Shown one piece after another: positions 1-9,781 of a DNA stretch of 64,000 bases. Position 1 is the first letter of the stretch. Every line of letters starts with the position of its first letter. Made by a program: the position numbers and the translations under genes. Below the pieces are notes generated by a model, which had not been told where the DNA came from, ran no database searches, and worked only from the letters and a program-made list of their open reading frames with translations. The stretch is from Desulfatiglandales bacterium (GTDB lineage: Bacteria > Desulfobacterota > DSM-4660 > Desulfatiglandales > B25-G16): positions 150 to 64,149 of the forward strand of contig DATKWM010000009.1 of the NCBI GenBank assembly GCA_035529575.1, written 5' to 3'.

Positions 1-1
1 A

Positions 2-379
2 GCTACGACCTTTGATTACATATCCTCTGAAGGTGCCTATGAGGGGGGAGCAATAGCCCCTGGCATAATCATCTCTGCTGAGGCTCTTTTTCAAAAGGCC
101 TCTAAGCTACCTCGAGTTGAGATATTTGACAAACCTAAAACTGTAATAGGCAAGGAAACCATAAGCAGTATAAATTCAGGCCTTGTGTATGGTTATGCTG
201 GCCTCGTTGACGGAATAGTAAATCGTATAAAAAAAGAGATGGGATCTAATCTTACCGTTATTGCAACAGGGGGCCTTGCCACATTGATAAAATCAGAAGC
301 TGAGAACATCGATTATGTTGAAGAATTCTTGACATTAGATGGATTACAAATACTGTTTAAGCTTAACTCCCATAAATAA
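2..379 (+). CDS. coaX: type III pantothenate kinase, C-terminal part (5' end lies outside the window)
   Basis: Frame 2 is open from base 2. The translation [40 protein letters not shown]...[28 protein letters not shown] looks like the C-terminal half of CoaX. TAA stop at 377-379. Confidence 0.85.
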   Translation, partial: ATTFDYISSEGAYEGGAIAPGIIISAEALFQKASKLPRVEIFDKPKTVIGKETISSINSGLVYGYAGLVDGIVNRIKKEMGSNLTVIATGGLATLIKSEAENIDYVEEFLTLDGLQILFKLNSHK

Positions 380-441
380 GCAGTACCCTTCTGTTATCAC
401 AACTTTATTCCTTTCCGCTATGAGATTATTGAAATAGCTAT

Positions 442-762
442 TGTATCCAATACATTGTGTGCACTCACACAATAAAGACAAAAAAATACATTAAAAACAC
501 ATTAGATTACAGGTAAGTGTTCAAAGGTTCTAAGTTCACCGTTCAAGGTTACCCTTCTTTCAATAACCTTGCTCATAGGCTGGAAAGTGCTTGATAAAAC
601 CACGAATGGCACTACCATGCCTCAATCCGCCAGACGGCAGGCGGATCAATATGCTCAAATAGTTCAATTCTTATGCCTTCTATATTCAGCACTTACGTAT
701 TGCTGGTTCAGATTTTAGGTCAACTCTGAACCCTTGAACCTGTGAAGCTGTGAACGGTTAAG
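442..762. repeat. intergenic repeat module, copy 1: TGTATCCAATACAT box (442-455), GTTCNNN heptad array (519-554), inverted heptad array (705-762)
   Basis: The 14-mer box and the AGGTAA-GTTC-heptad segment recur at 19464-19525 and, more degenerately, at 4462-4500. The left array GTTCAAAG GTTCTAA GTTCACC GTTCAAG GTTACCC is mirrored on the other strand at 726-757. Confidence 0.6.
622..649. repeat. small GC hairpin TCCGCC-N8-GGCGGA flanked by TCAA direct repeats
   Basis: TCAA(622-625) TCCGCC(626-631) agacggca GGCGGA(640-645) TCAA(646-649). The same stem sequence occurs at 49076-49098. Confidence 0.5.
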
Positions 763-1029
763 ATTAAAGGTTGTTAATAAATAAGAAATAGGATAAAGAA
801 CTTTCAGCAAAAATGCATATAGGAAGTGCAGATATAGACCGTCGTTGTCTCTTCCTTTTGCAAATTACTCAGGGATACAGATAACCTGGGCATCTCTTAC
901 AGAAACTCAAGAACTTAAAAAGGTGATCAAGAGTGTTGATAATTACCTGACGCTGAATTTAATGTAAGCATTGAAAATAAAGTGTAAGGCCAACACGCTC
1001 ACAAGGTATAAAAAAAGGATCCTCATTGT

Positions 1030-1971
1030 ATGAGCATTATTTGTAATCTCAATAATCTCCCCCAAGATATTACAAACCCTGTAGTTACTATAGGAAACTT
1101 TGATGGAGTCCATTGGGCACATCAGAAAATTTTTAAAAAAATTATAGAGAGGGCCAGGGATTTACATGGAACATCTGTGGCTATCACCTTTGAACCACAT
1201 CCCATAAAGGTAATGTTTCCCACGAAGGCTAAACCACTCATAACGCTTTTAGAACAAAAGATAGAACTGATAATAAATCAAGGGATCGACTTACTTCTTA
1301 TAATAGAGTTTACCGCAGAATTTGCTGCTATTTCAGCCAGAGATTTTGTAAAAGATATCTTGGTGGATAAATTAGGGGTTAAAGAAATAATAGTCGGTTA
1401 TGATTATGCCTTTGGCCATAACAGACAAGGTAATATAGAAGTCCTGAGGGAAATGGGTTCCCTGTTCAATTTTAATGTCCAGCAAGTAGATCCTGTGTAT
1501 GTAGAAAATGTTTTGGTATCGAGTACATCAATCAGAAACCTTATTATGGAAGGAAATGTAGTTGGTGCAAAAAAATTACTTGGAAGGAATTACCAGATAA
1601 GAGGAAAGGTTATTAGGGGAATGAATAGGGGTGGTTCTTTATTAGGCTACCCCACAGCAAACCTAAGATTGACTGATGAGCTAATACCAAAAGAGGGTGT
1701 GTATATTGTTTTAATAGATATAGGCGGCAAGACGTATCAAGGATTGACCAACATTGGCTACAATCCAACGTTTAAGAATAAAACCTTGTCGGTTGAGACC
1801 TATATTTTTAATTTATCAGCTCATATAGTAAATCAAAAGATTAAGGTTAATTTCCTCTCCCGCCTACGGGATGAAATAACTTTTGCGAGCAGCAAAGAGC
1901 TTTCCCAGCAGATCGATCAAGATGTTAATCAGGCACGAGAATTCTTTCAAAAGAAAAAAGATACACTATGA
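1030..1971 (+). CDS. ribF: bifunctional riboflavin kinase / FMN adenylyltransferase
   Basis: 313 aa. N-terminal VVTIGNFDGVHWAHQ adenylyltransferase motif and a C-terminal riboflavin-kinase part (GRNYQIRGKVIRGMNRGGSLLGYPTANL). Confidence 0.9.
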   Translation: MSIICNLNNLPQDITNPVVTIGNFDGVHWAHQKIFKKIIERARDLHGTSVAITFEPHPIKVMFPTKAKPLITLLEQKIELIINQGIDLLLIIEFTAEFAAISARDFVKDILVDKLGVKEIIVGYDYAFGHNRQGNIEVLREMGSLFNFNVQQVDPVYVENVLVSSTSIRNLIMEGNVVGAKKLLGRNYQIRGKVIRGMNRGGSLLGYPTANLRLTDELIPKEGVYIVLIDIGGKTYQGLTNIGYNPTFKNKTLSVETYIFNLSAHIVNQKIKVNFLSRLRDEITFASSKELSQQIDQDVNQAREFFQKKKDTL

Positions 1972-2954
1972 AATGGAAATTCTGGCTTGGTCTTTTAATT
2001 AGTGTCGCATTTCTCTATATTGCATTCCATAATGTGGATTTAAACCTCCTGTATTTATCCATTAAATCAACTAATATTCTTTTTTTTATCCCAATTGTCG
2101 TGTTAACTTTTTCCTTCTATTTTATACGGGCCTTACGATGGTTTCATCTTTTAGAGCCAATAAAAAAAATCGGTCTGTTCAGCCTATTTTCTTCCACAGT
2201 TATAGGTTTTGCCGCAAACTGTGTTCTTCCCGCACGATTGGGTGAATTTATAAGGGCAAACTACATTGGACGTATGGAAAACATAAGTAAAAGTTCCTCA
2301 TTAGCAACCATTGTTATTGAGAGACTCTTTGATGTTTTTACCATACTTCTAATGGTATTACTTGTTATCCTTTTTAATGATTTCCCTTCCGAATGGAAAT
2401 CAATGGAAAAGGCCCTAAAAACAGGAGGATTTTTCCTGTTAATTCTTTTTATCATTTCAATCTTTCTCCTTATCGGGCTGAAAAAAAAGACCCACACCTT
2501 TCTCACTGTCTTTGGACGTTTTCTTTTCTTTTTGCCACATACCATACAACAGAGGATCATTGACATTCTGAAAGGTTTCAGCAACGGTCTCGTCCTTGTT
2601 AAAGGCCCATCTCAACTTTTGGCAGTAATATTTTACTCTCTCACACTCTGGTGTCTTACTGCATTTCAGATTTATATCCTTGGTTTTTCAATGGGTATAT
2701 CACTGCCTTTTTTAGCCCCCTTTTTTATTCTGATACTACTATGCCTTAGTGTCACATTGCCATCGGCGCCTGGCTATATCGGTACATTTCATGTGGCATG
2801 CCAATATGCGTTAATCTTTTATGGTATCAGTAAGGAAAAGGCATTATCAATGGCCATCCTTCTTCATGCTGCAGGATTTATACCTACTGTTATTTTAGGC
2901 TTACTGCTATTTTTACTTCACCATATCTCATTACGTAACCTTACTAATAAATAA
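1968..2954 (+). CDS. polytopic membrane protein, UPF0104 / lysyl-PG-synthase-TM-like (flippase-like) family
   Basis: 328 aa with about 8 hydrophobic segments. LPARLGEFIRANYIG motif. The ATGA start overlaps the ribF stop. Confidence 0.6.
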   Translation: MKWKFWLGLLISVAFLYIAFHNVDLNLLYLSIKSTNILFFIPIVVLTFSFYFIRALRWFHLLEPIKKIGLFSLFSSTVIGFAANCVLPARLGEFIRANYIGRMENISKSSSLATIVIERLFDVFTILLMVLLVILFNDFPSEWKSMEKALKTGGFFLLILFIISIFLLIGLKKKTHTFLTVFGRFLFFLPHTIQQRIIDILKGFSNGLVLVKGPSQLLAVIFYSLTLWCLTAFQIYILGFSMGISLPFLAPFFILILLCLSVTLPSAPGYIGTFHVACQYALIFYGISKEKALSMAILLHAAGFIPTVILGLLLFLLHHISLRNLTNK

Positions 2955-3017
2955 TCGCAAACAAGAAAAAAACTGGACATTTAGTGTAAATATCTTATTA
3001 TTTATACGTATAAACTA

Positions 3018-3770
3018 ATGGAGAAAATAATTATGAAAAAGAGTTATCTAATATATTTAATTATTACCCTTATTATCTTTCCAGCAGGCTGCGCCCCTTC
3101 TTACAAGGCAAGGCCACTCTCATTTAAGCATCCATCTGCGTATCCAAATACTACCCAGGTTGCGAATACCATAATCGGCTCAAGAGCCTTTGTTGACGAA
3201 AAGGAAGCCCAAGAGGCCTTTGGTTTTGATGTAAGGTCAGCCGGCATGCTTCCGGTTCAAATTGTGGCAGATAACCAAGGCCAAAAAGGACTATATATTG
3301 TTGCCAATCAAACATTTCTTCAGGATAAAGAAGGTAACCTCTGGCCTGTGTTAACAGATAAATTTGCATACGAGCGGGTAACGAAATACGCGCAAACCAA
3401 AAAGATCTTTCAGGAAGGAGCTTATGCAGGTGTAATGTCTGCGACTGCTGGTGCACTCATTGGAGCAGCTATTGGTATTGTTACTGGTGAAAATGTTGCC
3501 TCTGCAGCAGGAAAGGGAGCAGCTATAGGTGCTGCTGCAGGAGGAACTGCAGGCGGTTTAAAAGGCTATGACTCAGCATATCAGGCCCGAAGAGAGGTCA
3601 TGGAAGACTTTGAAAGCAAAAGCTTGAAAAATAAATCTCTTTCTCCCAATAACCTTAGTTATGGCTTTATATTCTTTCCTGGAGAGGCCAAGTCCGCCCA
3701 ATTACTCAGGTTACAATTGAAAGAAAAAGACTCGAATAGAATTTTCACCATAAATTTAAAATTTGAATAA
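3018..3770 (+). CDS. putative lipoprotein with a Gly/Ala-rich (glycine-zipper-like) segment
   Basis: Signal peptide ending in the lipobox FPAGC. GAAIGAAAGGTAGG stretch. An alternative start at 3033 (MKKSYL) has GGAG upstream. Confidence 0.6.
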   Translation: MEKIIMKKSYLIYLIITLIIFPAGCAPSYKARPLSFKHPSAYPNTTQVANTIIGSRAFVDEKEAQEAFGFDVRSAGMLPVQIVADNQGQKGLYIVANQTFLQDKEGNLWPVLTDKFAYERVTKYAQTKKIFQEGAYAGVMSATAGALIGAAIGIVTGENVASAAGKGAAIGAAAGGTAGGLKGYDSAYQARREVMEDFESKSLKNKSLSPNNLSYGFIFFPGEAKSAQLLRLQLKEKDSNRIFTINLKFE

Positions 3771-3790
3771 CAACTCGCAGCTATACTACA

Positions 3791-4357
3791 TCATATGGAG
3801 AGGGTTTTATCAGTAGTGTGCTTCCTTTTCAGCCTTTCTTGCATGCGATTAATAGCCCTTTCCATCTCCTTAAGAAGCTCTTGAACTCTTTTACTGATAG
3901 GCTCTTTTAGTAACCTGTATTCATTTTCTATATCTTCAGCGAACTTTTTTATTCTCTTTTTAAGCTGGGCTACCTTTTCTTCCAGGTTTTGCCGATTATT
4001 TCTATATTGCTCACGTTTCTCTTTTGAGAGGTCTTTTCCTTCTGCCAGATTTTCCTTCAGGGCCTTTTCTATTTTCCTTAGTTCCACAAGTATTTTTTGA
4101 AGTTTCTCCACTATGGAATTCTCTGCCTTTTTATGGACAGCGCCTCCTTTTTCTTTTAATTCCTTTTGAAATTCCTTTAATTCTTTCTCAGCAGCCTGGA
4201 TACCGGACGTTATGATTTCATTGACAGAATCTAAAATTTCTTTAATGCTCTCTCCAACGGTTATTTCAGAGCCTTTTCTATTCTGAGCCAAAAGCGGACC
4301 AAAAGATGATCCAATAAAAATACTAATAAAGAGGATAAAAATAAATTTTGTCGTCAC
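3791..4357 (-). CDS. secreted coiled-coil protein, function unknown
   Basis: 188 aa. N-terminal signal-like hydrophobic segment followed by a K/E-rich heptad-like sequence. Confidence 0.55.
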   Translation of the reverse strand: MTTKFIFILFISIFIGSSFGPLLAQNRKGSEITVGESIKEILDSVNEIITSGIQAAEKELKEFQKELKEKGGAVHKKAENSIVEKLQKILVELRKIEKALKENLAEGKDLSKEKREQYRNNRQNLEEKVAQLKKRIKKFAEDIENEYRLLKEPISKRVQELLKEMERAINRMQERLKRKHTTDKTLSI

Positions 4358-4461
4358 ACTCCTACCTCCTGGCTGATTATATATATGTGATCAACTCTGC
4401 TGCGATATAATTTAAAAAATTTATAGCACTATAGCGTGGTTTTATCAATGAAAAATATACT

Positions 4462-4560
4462 ATATGTAACTACTATAGGTTCAACGTTCTAAGGGTTTCC
4501 TGATAAAATCGAGATTCAGGGTTAAGAAGTGATGGAGACTGAGTCCCACCGGGACGAAAG
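4462..4560. repeat. intergenic repeat module, degenerate copy 2
   Basis: tatgtaactactataGGTTCAACGTTCTAAGGgtt...cTGATAAAAtCGAgAtt aligns by eye with 19474-19540 and 511-605. Confidence 0.45.
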
Positions 4561-4599
4561 AGTTTAGGATCAAGATATGACAAATACAACGACAGAAAA

Positions 4600-4878
4600 A
4601 TGAGGGGATATACTACAATGGCAATCCGAATAGTGCTGACTCCAACGGTATCTCATTGTATTGAGACTGTGGCGAAAAGGGAATACTGGAAAAATGTGAA
4701 TAACTATCTTAAAAAAAGAAAAGAGGATAAAAGGCTTGAGGGAAAAATAGAGCTTCTTAGGTCTTTCCTTGAGACAGCAGACTTTGCCAATCTTAGGAGA
4801 CAATCTGAAGAACATATTCTACATGGAAAACAGGTAACATTTATTGTATCCATTAAAAAACAAAAAATTATTGTATGA
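4600..4878 (+). CDS. hypothetical small protein (weakly supported)
   Basis: 92-aa ORF with plausible composition. No recognisable motif and a weak RBS. An internal ATG at 4618 is also possible. Confidence 0.35.
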   Translation: MRGYTTMAIRIVLTPTVSHCIETVAKREYWKNVNNYLKKRKEDKRLEGKIELLRSFLETADFANLRRQSEEHILHGKQVTFIVSIKKQKIIV

Positions 4879-5038
4879 GATGACAGTAAAGAATAGTGAG
4901 TAAAAAATTAATAAGAAAAAGATCTTGTAATCTATTTATTCAAATGATATAGGGTATCTCGAATTTTAGATTTAAGAGAAATGTAATATTATTCACATAA
5001 AAATCGATGGGTAACAAAATTTATCCTGGAGGAATACA

Positions 5039-6103
5039 ATGCATAGAGAATCCTATAAATGCATAGAGCACGGATGTATGAAAAGGAGAGATTTTCTGAA
5101 AATTTCTGGTATGTTTGGACTGGGGCTGGCAACATTCCCTGTAGGGATACGTTCTGCCGAAGCAGTAAAGTTTGATAAAAATCTATATAAGGTCTCAAGA
5201 TCCAGGACAGGCATGGGAACAATAGTGTCGATAACCACTGTTAATCCCTCCAAAGACCATGCAGAGGAATCTATCGCCTTAGCCTTTAAAGAGATAGAAA
5301 GACTTACAAAGATAATGAGCCGGTTTGATTCTGATAGCCCTGTAGCACTCCTGAACCGTGACGGATTTTGTAATAACGTTCCTCCTGAACTTTCCTTTGT
5401 TATTAAAAAATCCTTGCAGTATCACCAAATCAGTAATGGCTTTTTTGATATTACTGTGAAACCAGTCTTAGATCTATTGGCTCAATCTTTTAAAGACCAA
5501 AAAAAGGTTATCCAAAATAAGGAAAAGATTGCTGAGCTCTTGGAACTTGTTAATGCCGAACTGATTTCTTTACATGGAAATGATATGTCCTTTAAAAAGG
5601 ATGGCATGGGAATTACGCTGGATGGTATTGCGAAAGGCTTTATTGTGGATAAGGCAATTGAGACACTAATGAAACAGGGGATCAAACATGCACTTATCAA
5701 TGCAGGGGGAGACATTAGGACAATAGGTGACAAAGGCAATAACAGACCATGGAAAATAGCTATCGAAGACCCGCTAAAGAAAAAAAATTACCCTGACATA
5801 GTCGCTATCACAAACAGGTCTATAGCCACCTCTGGTAATTATGAGGTATTTTTTGACAAGGAAAAAATCTTTCATCATATTGTCAATCCCAAAACCGGGT
5901 TATCACCTCTTATTAATGCGAGTGTCTCTGTTCAGGCCCCCACTGCAATAGAAGCTGATGCACTTTCAACCACACTCTTTACCCTTGACCCAGTCCAAGG
6001 AACGAGATTAATAAATTCTATTCCTTCATGCCAAAGTCTTATTATTACTAGAAATCGACAAAAAATCAAATCTAGTAGCTGGCAGGGCATGACTGCGTCA
6101 TAA
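5039..6103 (+). CDS. apbE: FAD:protein FMN transferase (ApbE family), Tat-exported
   Basis: GGAGGA lies 6 nt upstream of the ATG. Twin-arginine motif KRRDFLKISG. ApbE core ITLDGIAKGFIVDKAIE...SIATSGNYE. Confidence 0.85.
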   Translation: MHRESYKCIEHGCMKRRDFLKISGMFGLGLATFPVGIRSAEAVKFDKNLYKVSRSRTGMGTIVSITTVNPSKDHAEESIALAFKEIERLTKIMSRFDSDSPVALLNRDGFCNNVPPELSFVIKKSLQYHQISNGFFDITVKPVLDLLAQSFKDQKKVIQNKEKIAELLELVNAELISLHGNDMSFKKDGMGITLDGIAKGFIVDKAIETLMKQGIKHALINAGGDIRTIGDKGNNRPWKIAIEDPLKKKNYPDIVAITNRSIATSGNYEVFFDKEKIFHHIVNPKTGLSPLINASVSVQAPTAIEADALSTTLFTLDPVQGTRLINSIPSCQSLIITRNRQKIKSSSWQGMTAS

Positions 6104-6156
6104 TAAAAAACAGCCTCTCTTGGTTGGTGCGTAATCAGGCGGATTGAGTATGGATG

Positions 6157-7587
6157 TCAGAAAATACTACCTTCAATCGCTTTTCTCAGTTTTGGTAGGG
6201 TAGATGGACGTATAGCTGATATCGGGATTCCACCGAGTCTCGTAGCGAAATGATCGATCTGGGATTTGTTCAGCCTATCGATTTTGTTTAACACTAAAAT
6301 AGTTGGTATCTCAGTTAGATCAAGACTGTCCAAGATTTTTTTTACTGATTCTATCTGATCTTCCAATCTTGAATTACTCATATCTGCTACATGAAGGAGA
6401 AGATCTGCTTCATGAAGTTCCTCAAGGGTCGCAGCAAAGGCCTTAAAAAGATCCTCTGGTAAATCCTTAATAAAACCGACTGTATCAGTGATAATGGCAT
6501 CCCTCTTCTTCAGCCTGAGATAGCGGCTCGCAGTATCAAGTGTTACAAAAAGCCTGCTTTCTACCTTTACATGACTTCCTGTAAAGGCATTAAGGAGGGT
6601 GGATTTTCCTGCATTTGTATACCCGACAATTGAGATTACCGGCACACCCCTATTTTTTCTTTTTTTTCTTCTCTCTTTCCTCTGGCATCTGATCTCTGCC
6701 AATTCTTTATTTAACAGGGTAATCCTATCCCTTACCCTCCTCCTATTGATTTCCAGCTTTGTCTCTCCTGGTCCTCTCCCGCCTATCCCACCAGTAAGTC
6801 TTGACATTGCAGTATTTTTGGTAATTAATCTGGGCAACACATACCGTAATTGAGCAAGTTCTACCTGAATTTTTCCTTCTCGTGTGATTGCCCTTCTAGC
6901 AAATATATCTAATATCAACTGTGTTCTATCAATCATCTTCATTTCCGTGGAATCTGTCAGAACCCTGACTTGTGCAGGGGTGAGCTCACCATCAAAGATT
7001 AGGAGGTCTGCACCTGCTTGAAGAGAACGTACAACTAATTCGCTTAGTTTTCCTTTCCCTAAAAGAAACCGTGAATCAAAATGTGTTTTTCTCTGAATAA
7101 TAGAATCTACAACCAGGAGATTACCAGTGATTGACAGCTCTTTTAATTCCTCAAGTGATTCCTCTGCCTCCTGCCTCGAGGACTTATTTACACTTACAAG
7201 GGCAGCCCTTTCTTTTTTTTCCATACCGATGTGTGTTCCGGTTTTGGCAAGCTGAGCTTCAAGATCTCTTATAAATTCTAAAAAATTGAGATCGAGTCTG
7301 CCAATATCAGGTATATGTTCTATGATCCATGGCTGCCCTGAATTATTTTTGGGAAGGATATGGGCATAATAAAGATCAGCAGGAACACCATTACTGGTAA
7401 TGTTTAGGCACACCATTAAATCCAGCTTTAGGAGGGCTAAATCCATTAAATCTTCTTGACTTAATGGCTCTCCATGGAGATGAGTATGGATACACCTAAG
7501 GCCTTTAAGTCTACCAACGCCAGATCTAAACCGAGCTAAATCAGGAATAAGAATGCTGTGATCATTACCCACAACCACATATTCCAC
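6157..7587 (-). CDS. hflX: GTPase HflX (coordinates from the first canonical start, GTG; the true start is probably upstream at ATA 7770, see findings)
   Basis: G1 motif GYTNAGKSTLLN and the HflX N-domain. The frame stays open 64 more codons upstream with protein-like sequence. Confidence 0.9.
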   Translation of the reverse strand: MEYVVVGNDHSILIPDLARFRSGVGRLKGLRCIHTHLHGEPLSQEDLMDLALLKLDLMVCLNITSNGVPADLYYAHILPKNNSGQPWIIEHIPDIGRLDLNFLEFIRDLEAQLAKTGTHIGMEKKERAALVSVNKSSRQEAEESLEELKELSITGNLLVVDSIIQRKTHFDSRFLLGKGKLSELVVRSLQAGADLLIFDGELTPAQVRVLTDSTEMKMIDRTQLILDIFARRAITREGKIQVELAQLRYVLPRLITKNTAMSRLTGGIGGRGPGETKLEINRRRVRDRITLLNKELAEIRCQRKERRKKRKNRGVPVISIVGYTNAGKSTLLNAFTGSHVKVESRLFVTLDTASRYLRLKKRDAIITDTVGFIKDLPEDLFKAFAATLEELHEADLLLHVADMSNSRLEDQIESVKKILDSLDLTEIPTILVLNKIDRLNKSQIDHFATRLGGIPISAIRPSTLPKLRKAIEGSIF

Positions 7588-7825
7588 ATCCCCTCTTCTT
7601 CCTACAAGGAGTGCTACCTGTCTCTTAATGTCTGAGGAAATTTCAGCTAATCGGCGTGCTATCTCACGAGAAACTATCGCATCTTCTGAGATGCGTCGTC
7701 TATAAATAGTGTGGAGTCTTTTTAAATGGCTGGCCTTGAGACCACCAATTTTTCCATATACCTTCTCTATGGCTATGCCTCAAGTTGTTATATGAAAGTT
7801 GTCATTCAACAAATGTTTTTCTTTC

Positions 7826-9190
7826 TCACCCTTCTACTAAATCATCTTTATAGTAATTTTGGAATTTTGTATATTTTTCCCTAAATGTCAAAGGAACCAA
7901 GCCAGTAGGACCATTTCTATGTTTGGCAACAATAAGTTCTGCCTTTCCCTTGTTTTCCTCTGTCCGATTATACAGTTCTTCTCGATAAATAAACAAGATC
8001 AGATCTGCATCCTGCTCTATAGCGCCTGACTCCCTCAAATCAGCTAACATCGGTCTCTTATTGGGCCTGTCCTCAACCTTCCTGTTCAACTGTGAAACTG
8101 CCAGAACAGGGATATCTAAATCCTTTGCAAGAGCCTTCAAAGATCTTGATATATCAGAAATCTCCAACTGTCTTGATTCAACCGCCTTTTTGCTCTGCAT
8201 TAATTGGAGGTAATCAATAATAACTAACGATATATTGTGCTTTTTTTTCAATCGTCTGGCCTTTGCCTTTATATCCAGGGAAGACAAACCAGACGAATCG
8301 TCAATATATATAGGTAACTCTGAAAGTCTATTGGCCGAGTCTGTTAAACGAAGGTAGTCATCATCCTGCAGAGCTCCTTTCCTTAATTTCCATGCATCTA
8401 TCATAGCATCACAGCCCAATAGCCTGATGCCAAGTTGGAGGCTTGACATCTCAAGTGAGAATATCGCTACACCTACTTTATCTACAAGTGCAGCATTAAG
8501 TCCAATATTTAAGGCCAATGCTGTTTTACCCATGCTTGGCCTCCCAGCAATAATGATAAAATCAGAGCGTTGAAGGCCGGAGGTGAGATTATCAAAATCG
8601 GTAAATCCGGTTGAAATACCTGTTATATTACTGCCCGTAGTGGCTTCTATTTTCTTGAAGCTGTTCTTGACAACTTCATCGAGCTGTAAAAAGTGTTGAT
8701 CTATATTCCTTTCAGCTATCTCAAATATATACTGTTCGGCTGAATCAAGAATGTCTTCAGTATCATTGCCAGGCTGAAAACACACTTCAGATATATGAGA
8801 ACATTGTCGAATCAGATTTCTTCGTATAGATAAATCTTTCACAATTTCAGCATGATACATTATTCCAGCAGAAGTTGCTGTTGCCTCTGCCAGAGAGGCT
8901 AAATACTCCGTCCCTCCTACCTTATCCAGGGCACCCTTTTCCTTTAACACCTGGGAAAGGGTTATTACATCTACCGGATCATCCCTATTATATAGGGTAA
9001 GCATTCCCTCATATATGAGTGCATGGGCCTCTCTATAAAAATCTTCGCCAGAGAGGATATCCACAACCTGATTAAGCGCATCATTATTGATTAATATCCC
9101 TCCCACTATAGCCTGTTCAGCCTCCAGATTATGTGGGGGGACCTTATAGGGAGAATAAACCGCATCTTCTTTCTTTTTAGGCATAGCCAT
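7826..9190 (-). CDS. dnaB: replicative DNA helicase DnaB
   Basis: PHNLEAEQAIVGGIL N-terminus, Walker A GRPSMGKT, and the C-terminal RecA-like fold. The ORF extends to 9223, but ATG 9190 lies 4 nt past the rplI stop and avoids an overlap. Confidence 0.9.
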   Translation of the reverse strand: MAMPKKKEDAVYSPYKVPPHNLEAEQAIVGGILINNDALNQVVDILSGEDFYREAHALIYEGMLTLYNRDDPVDVITLSQVLKEKGALDKVGGTEYLASLAEATATSAGIMYHAEIVKDLSIRRNLIRQCSHISEVCFQPGNDTEDILDSAEQYIFEIAERNIDQHFLQLDEVVKNSFKKIEATTGSNITGISTGFTDFDNLTSGLQRSDFIIIAGRPSMGKTALALNIGLNAALVDKVGVAIFSLEMSSLQLGIRLLGCDAMIDAWKLRKGALQDDDYLRLTDSANRLSELPIYIDDSSGLSSLDIKAKARRLKKKHNISLVIIDYLQLMQSKKAVESRQLEISDISRSLKALAKDLDIPVLAVSQLNRKVEDRPNKRPMLADLRESGAIEQDADLILFIYREELYNRTEENKGKAELIVAKHRNGPTGLVPLTFREKYTKFQNYYKDDLVEG

Positions 9191-9194
9191 CAGC

Positions 9195-9650
9195 TTACGC
9201 CTTTTCTTCCTCTTTCTCAACAATGACTTTTATTTTAGTCATAACCTCTGGGTGGAGTTTAATAGCGACTTCAAACTCCCCAAGAGTTCTAATTGCCTCA
9301 TCCGTAACAATTTTTCTTCTATCTACACTAATACCTTCCCTTTCGAGCTCTTGAGCAATATCTCTGCTTGTGACAGAACCGTAAAGTTTGCCCTCTTCAC
9401 CAGCCTTACGTATCATCGTTACGGTTATCTGAGAGACCTTTTCCGCGGCTCTTTCGGCTTCCTCTTTATCCTTCATACGTCGAGTCGTTATTTTACCTTT
9501 TCTCATCTCCAAGGCCTTTAAATTCGCGTTATTGGCCTCAATGGCTGTACCTTTTGGAATGAGATAATTTCTTGCATACCCCTTAGCGACATCTACGATA
9601 TCACCTTCAAAACCAAGAGATTCAAAATTTTGTAATAAAATAATTTTCAT
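9195..9650 (-). CDS. rplI: 50S ribosomal protein L9
   Basis: MKIILLQNFESLGFEGDIVDVAKGYARNYLIPKG is the canonical L9 N-terminus. Confidence 0.92.
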   Translation of the reverse strand: MKIILLQNFESLGFEGDIVDVAKGYARNYLIPKGTAIEANNANLKALEMRKGKITTRRMKDKEEAERAAEKVSQITVTMIRKAGEEGKLYGSVTSRDIAQELEREGISVDRRKIVTDEAIRTLGEFEVAIKLHPEVMTKIKVIVEKEEEKA

Positions 9651-9781
9651 GCCTTTTTTCCATTCTAATTTTTTTGTAAATAGTAAGGTAAGGAACTACA
9701 ATTTCCGTAAAGAAAGGTAAATAAAGAATAACAAGGGCTTGGGGAAGTAGAAAATAACTCTATATACCTCAAAGTTAACTC

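Noticed and set aside
519-554. Tandem GTTC-containing repeats considered as a possible CRISPR or other spaced array.
   Set aside because: The period is only 7-8 nt with no spacers and at most 5 units. No cas genes are present in the window.
4539-4560. Hammerhead-ribozyme-like strings: CTGA-GTCCCACCGGGAC-GAAAG here, and GATGAG...CCCGAtttcaTCGGG-AAAC at 19577-19611.
   Set aside because: The catalytic core is not intact. The first lacks the UGA of CUGAUGA. The second has AA where the invariant C3 and U4 should be. No convincing stems I or III could be drawn. This is probably chance resemblance within the repeat module.
7780-7782. In-frame TGA upstream of hflX considered as recoding (selenocysteine or a reassigned stop), with TTG 7809/7812 as the start.
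   Set aside because: TGA clearly terminates dnaB and ribF in this window. No SECIS-like hairpin follows the codon. The GAGG-N7-ATA arrangement downstream gives a simpler explanation.
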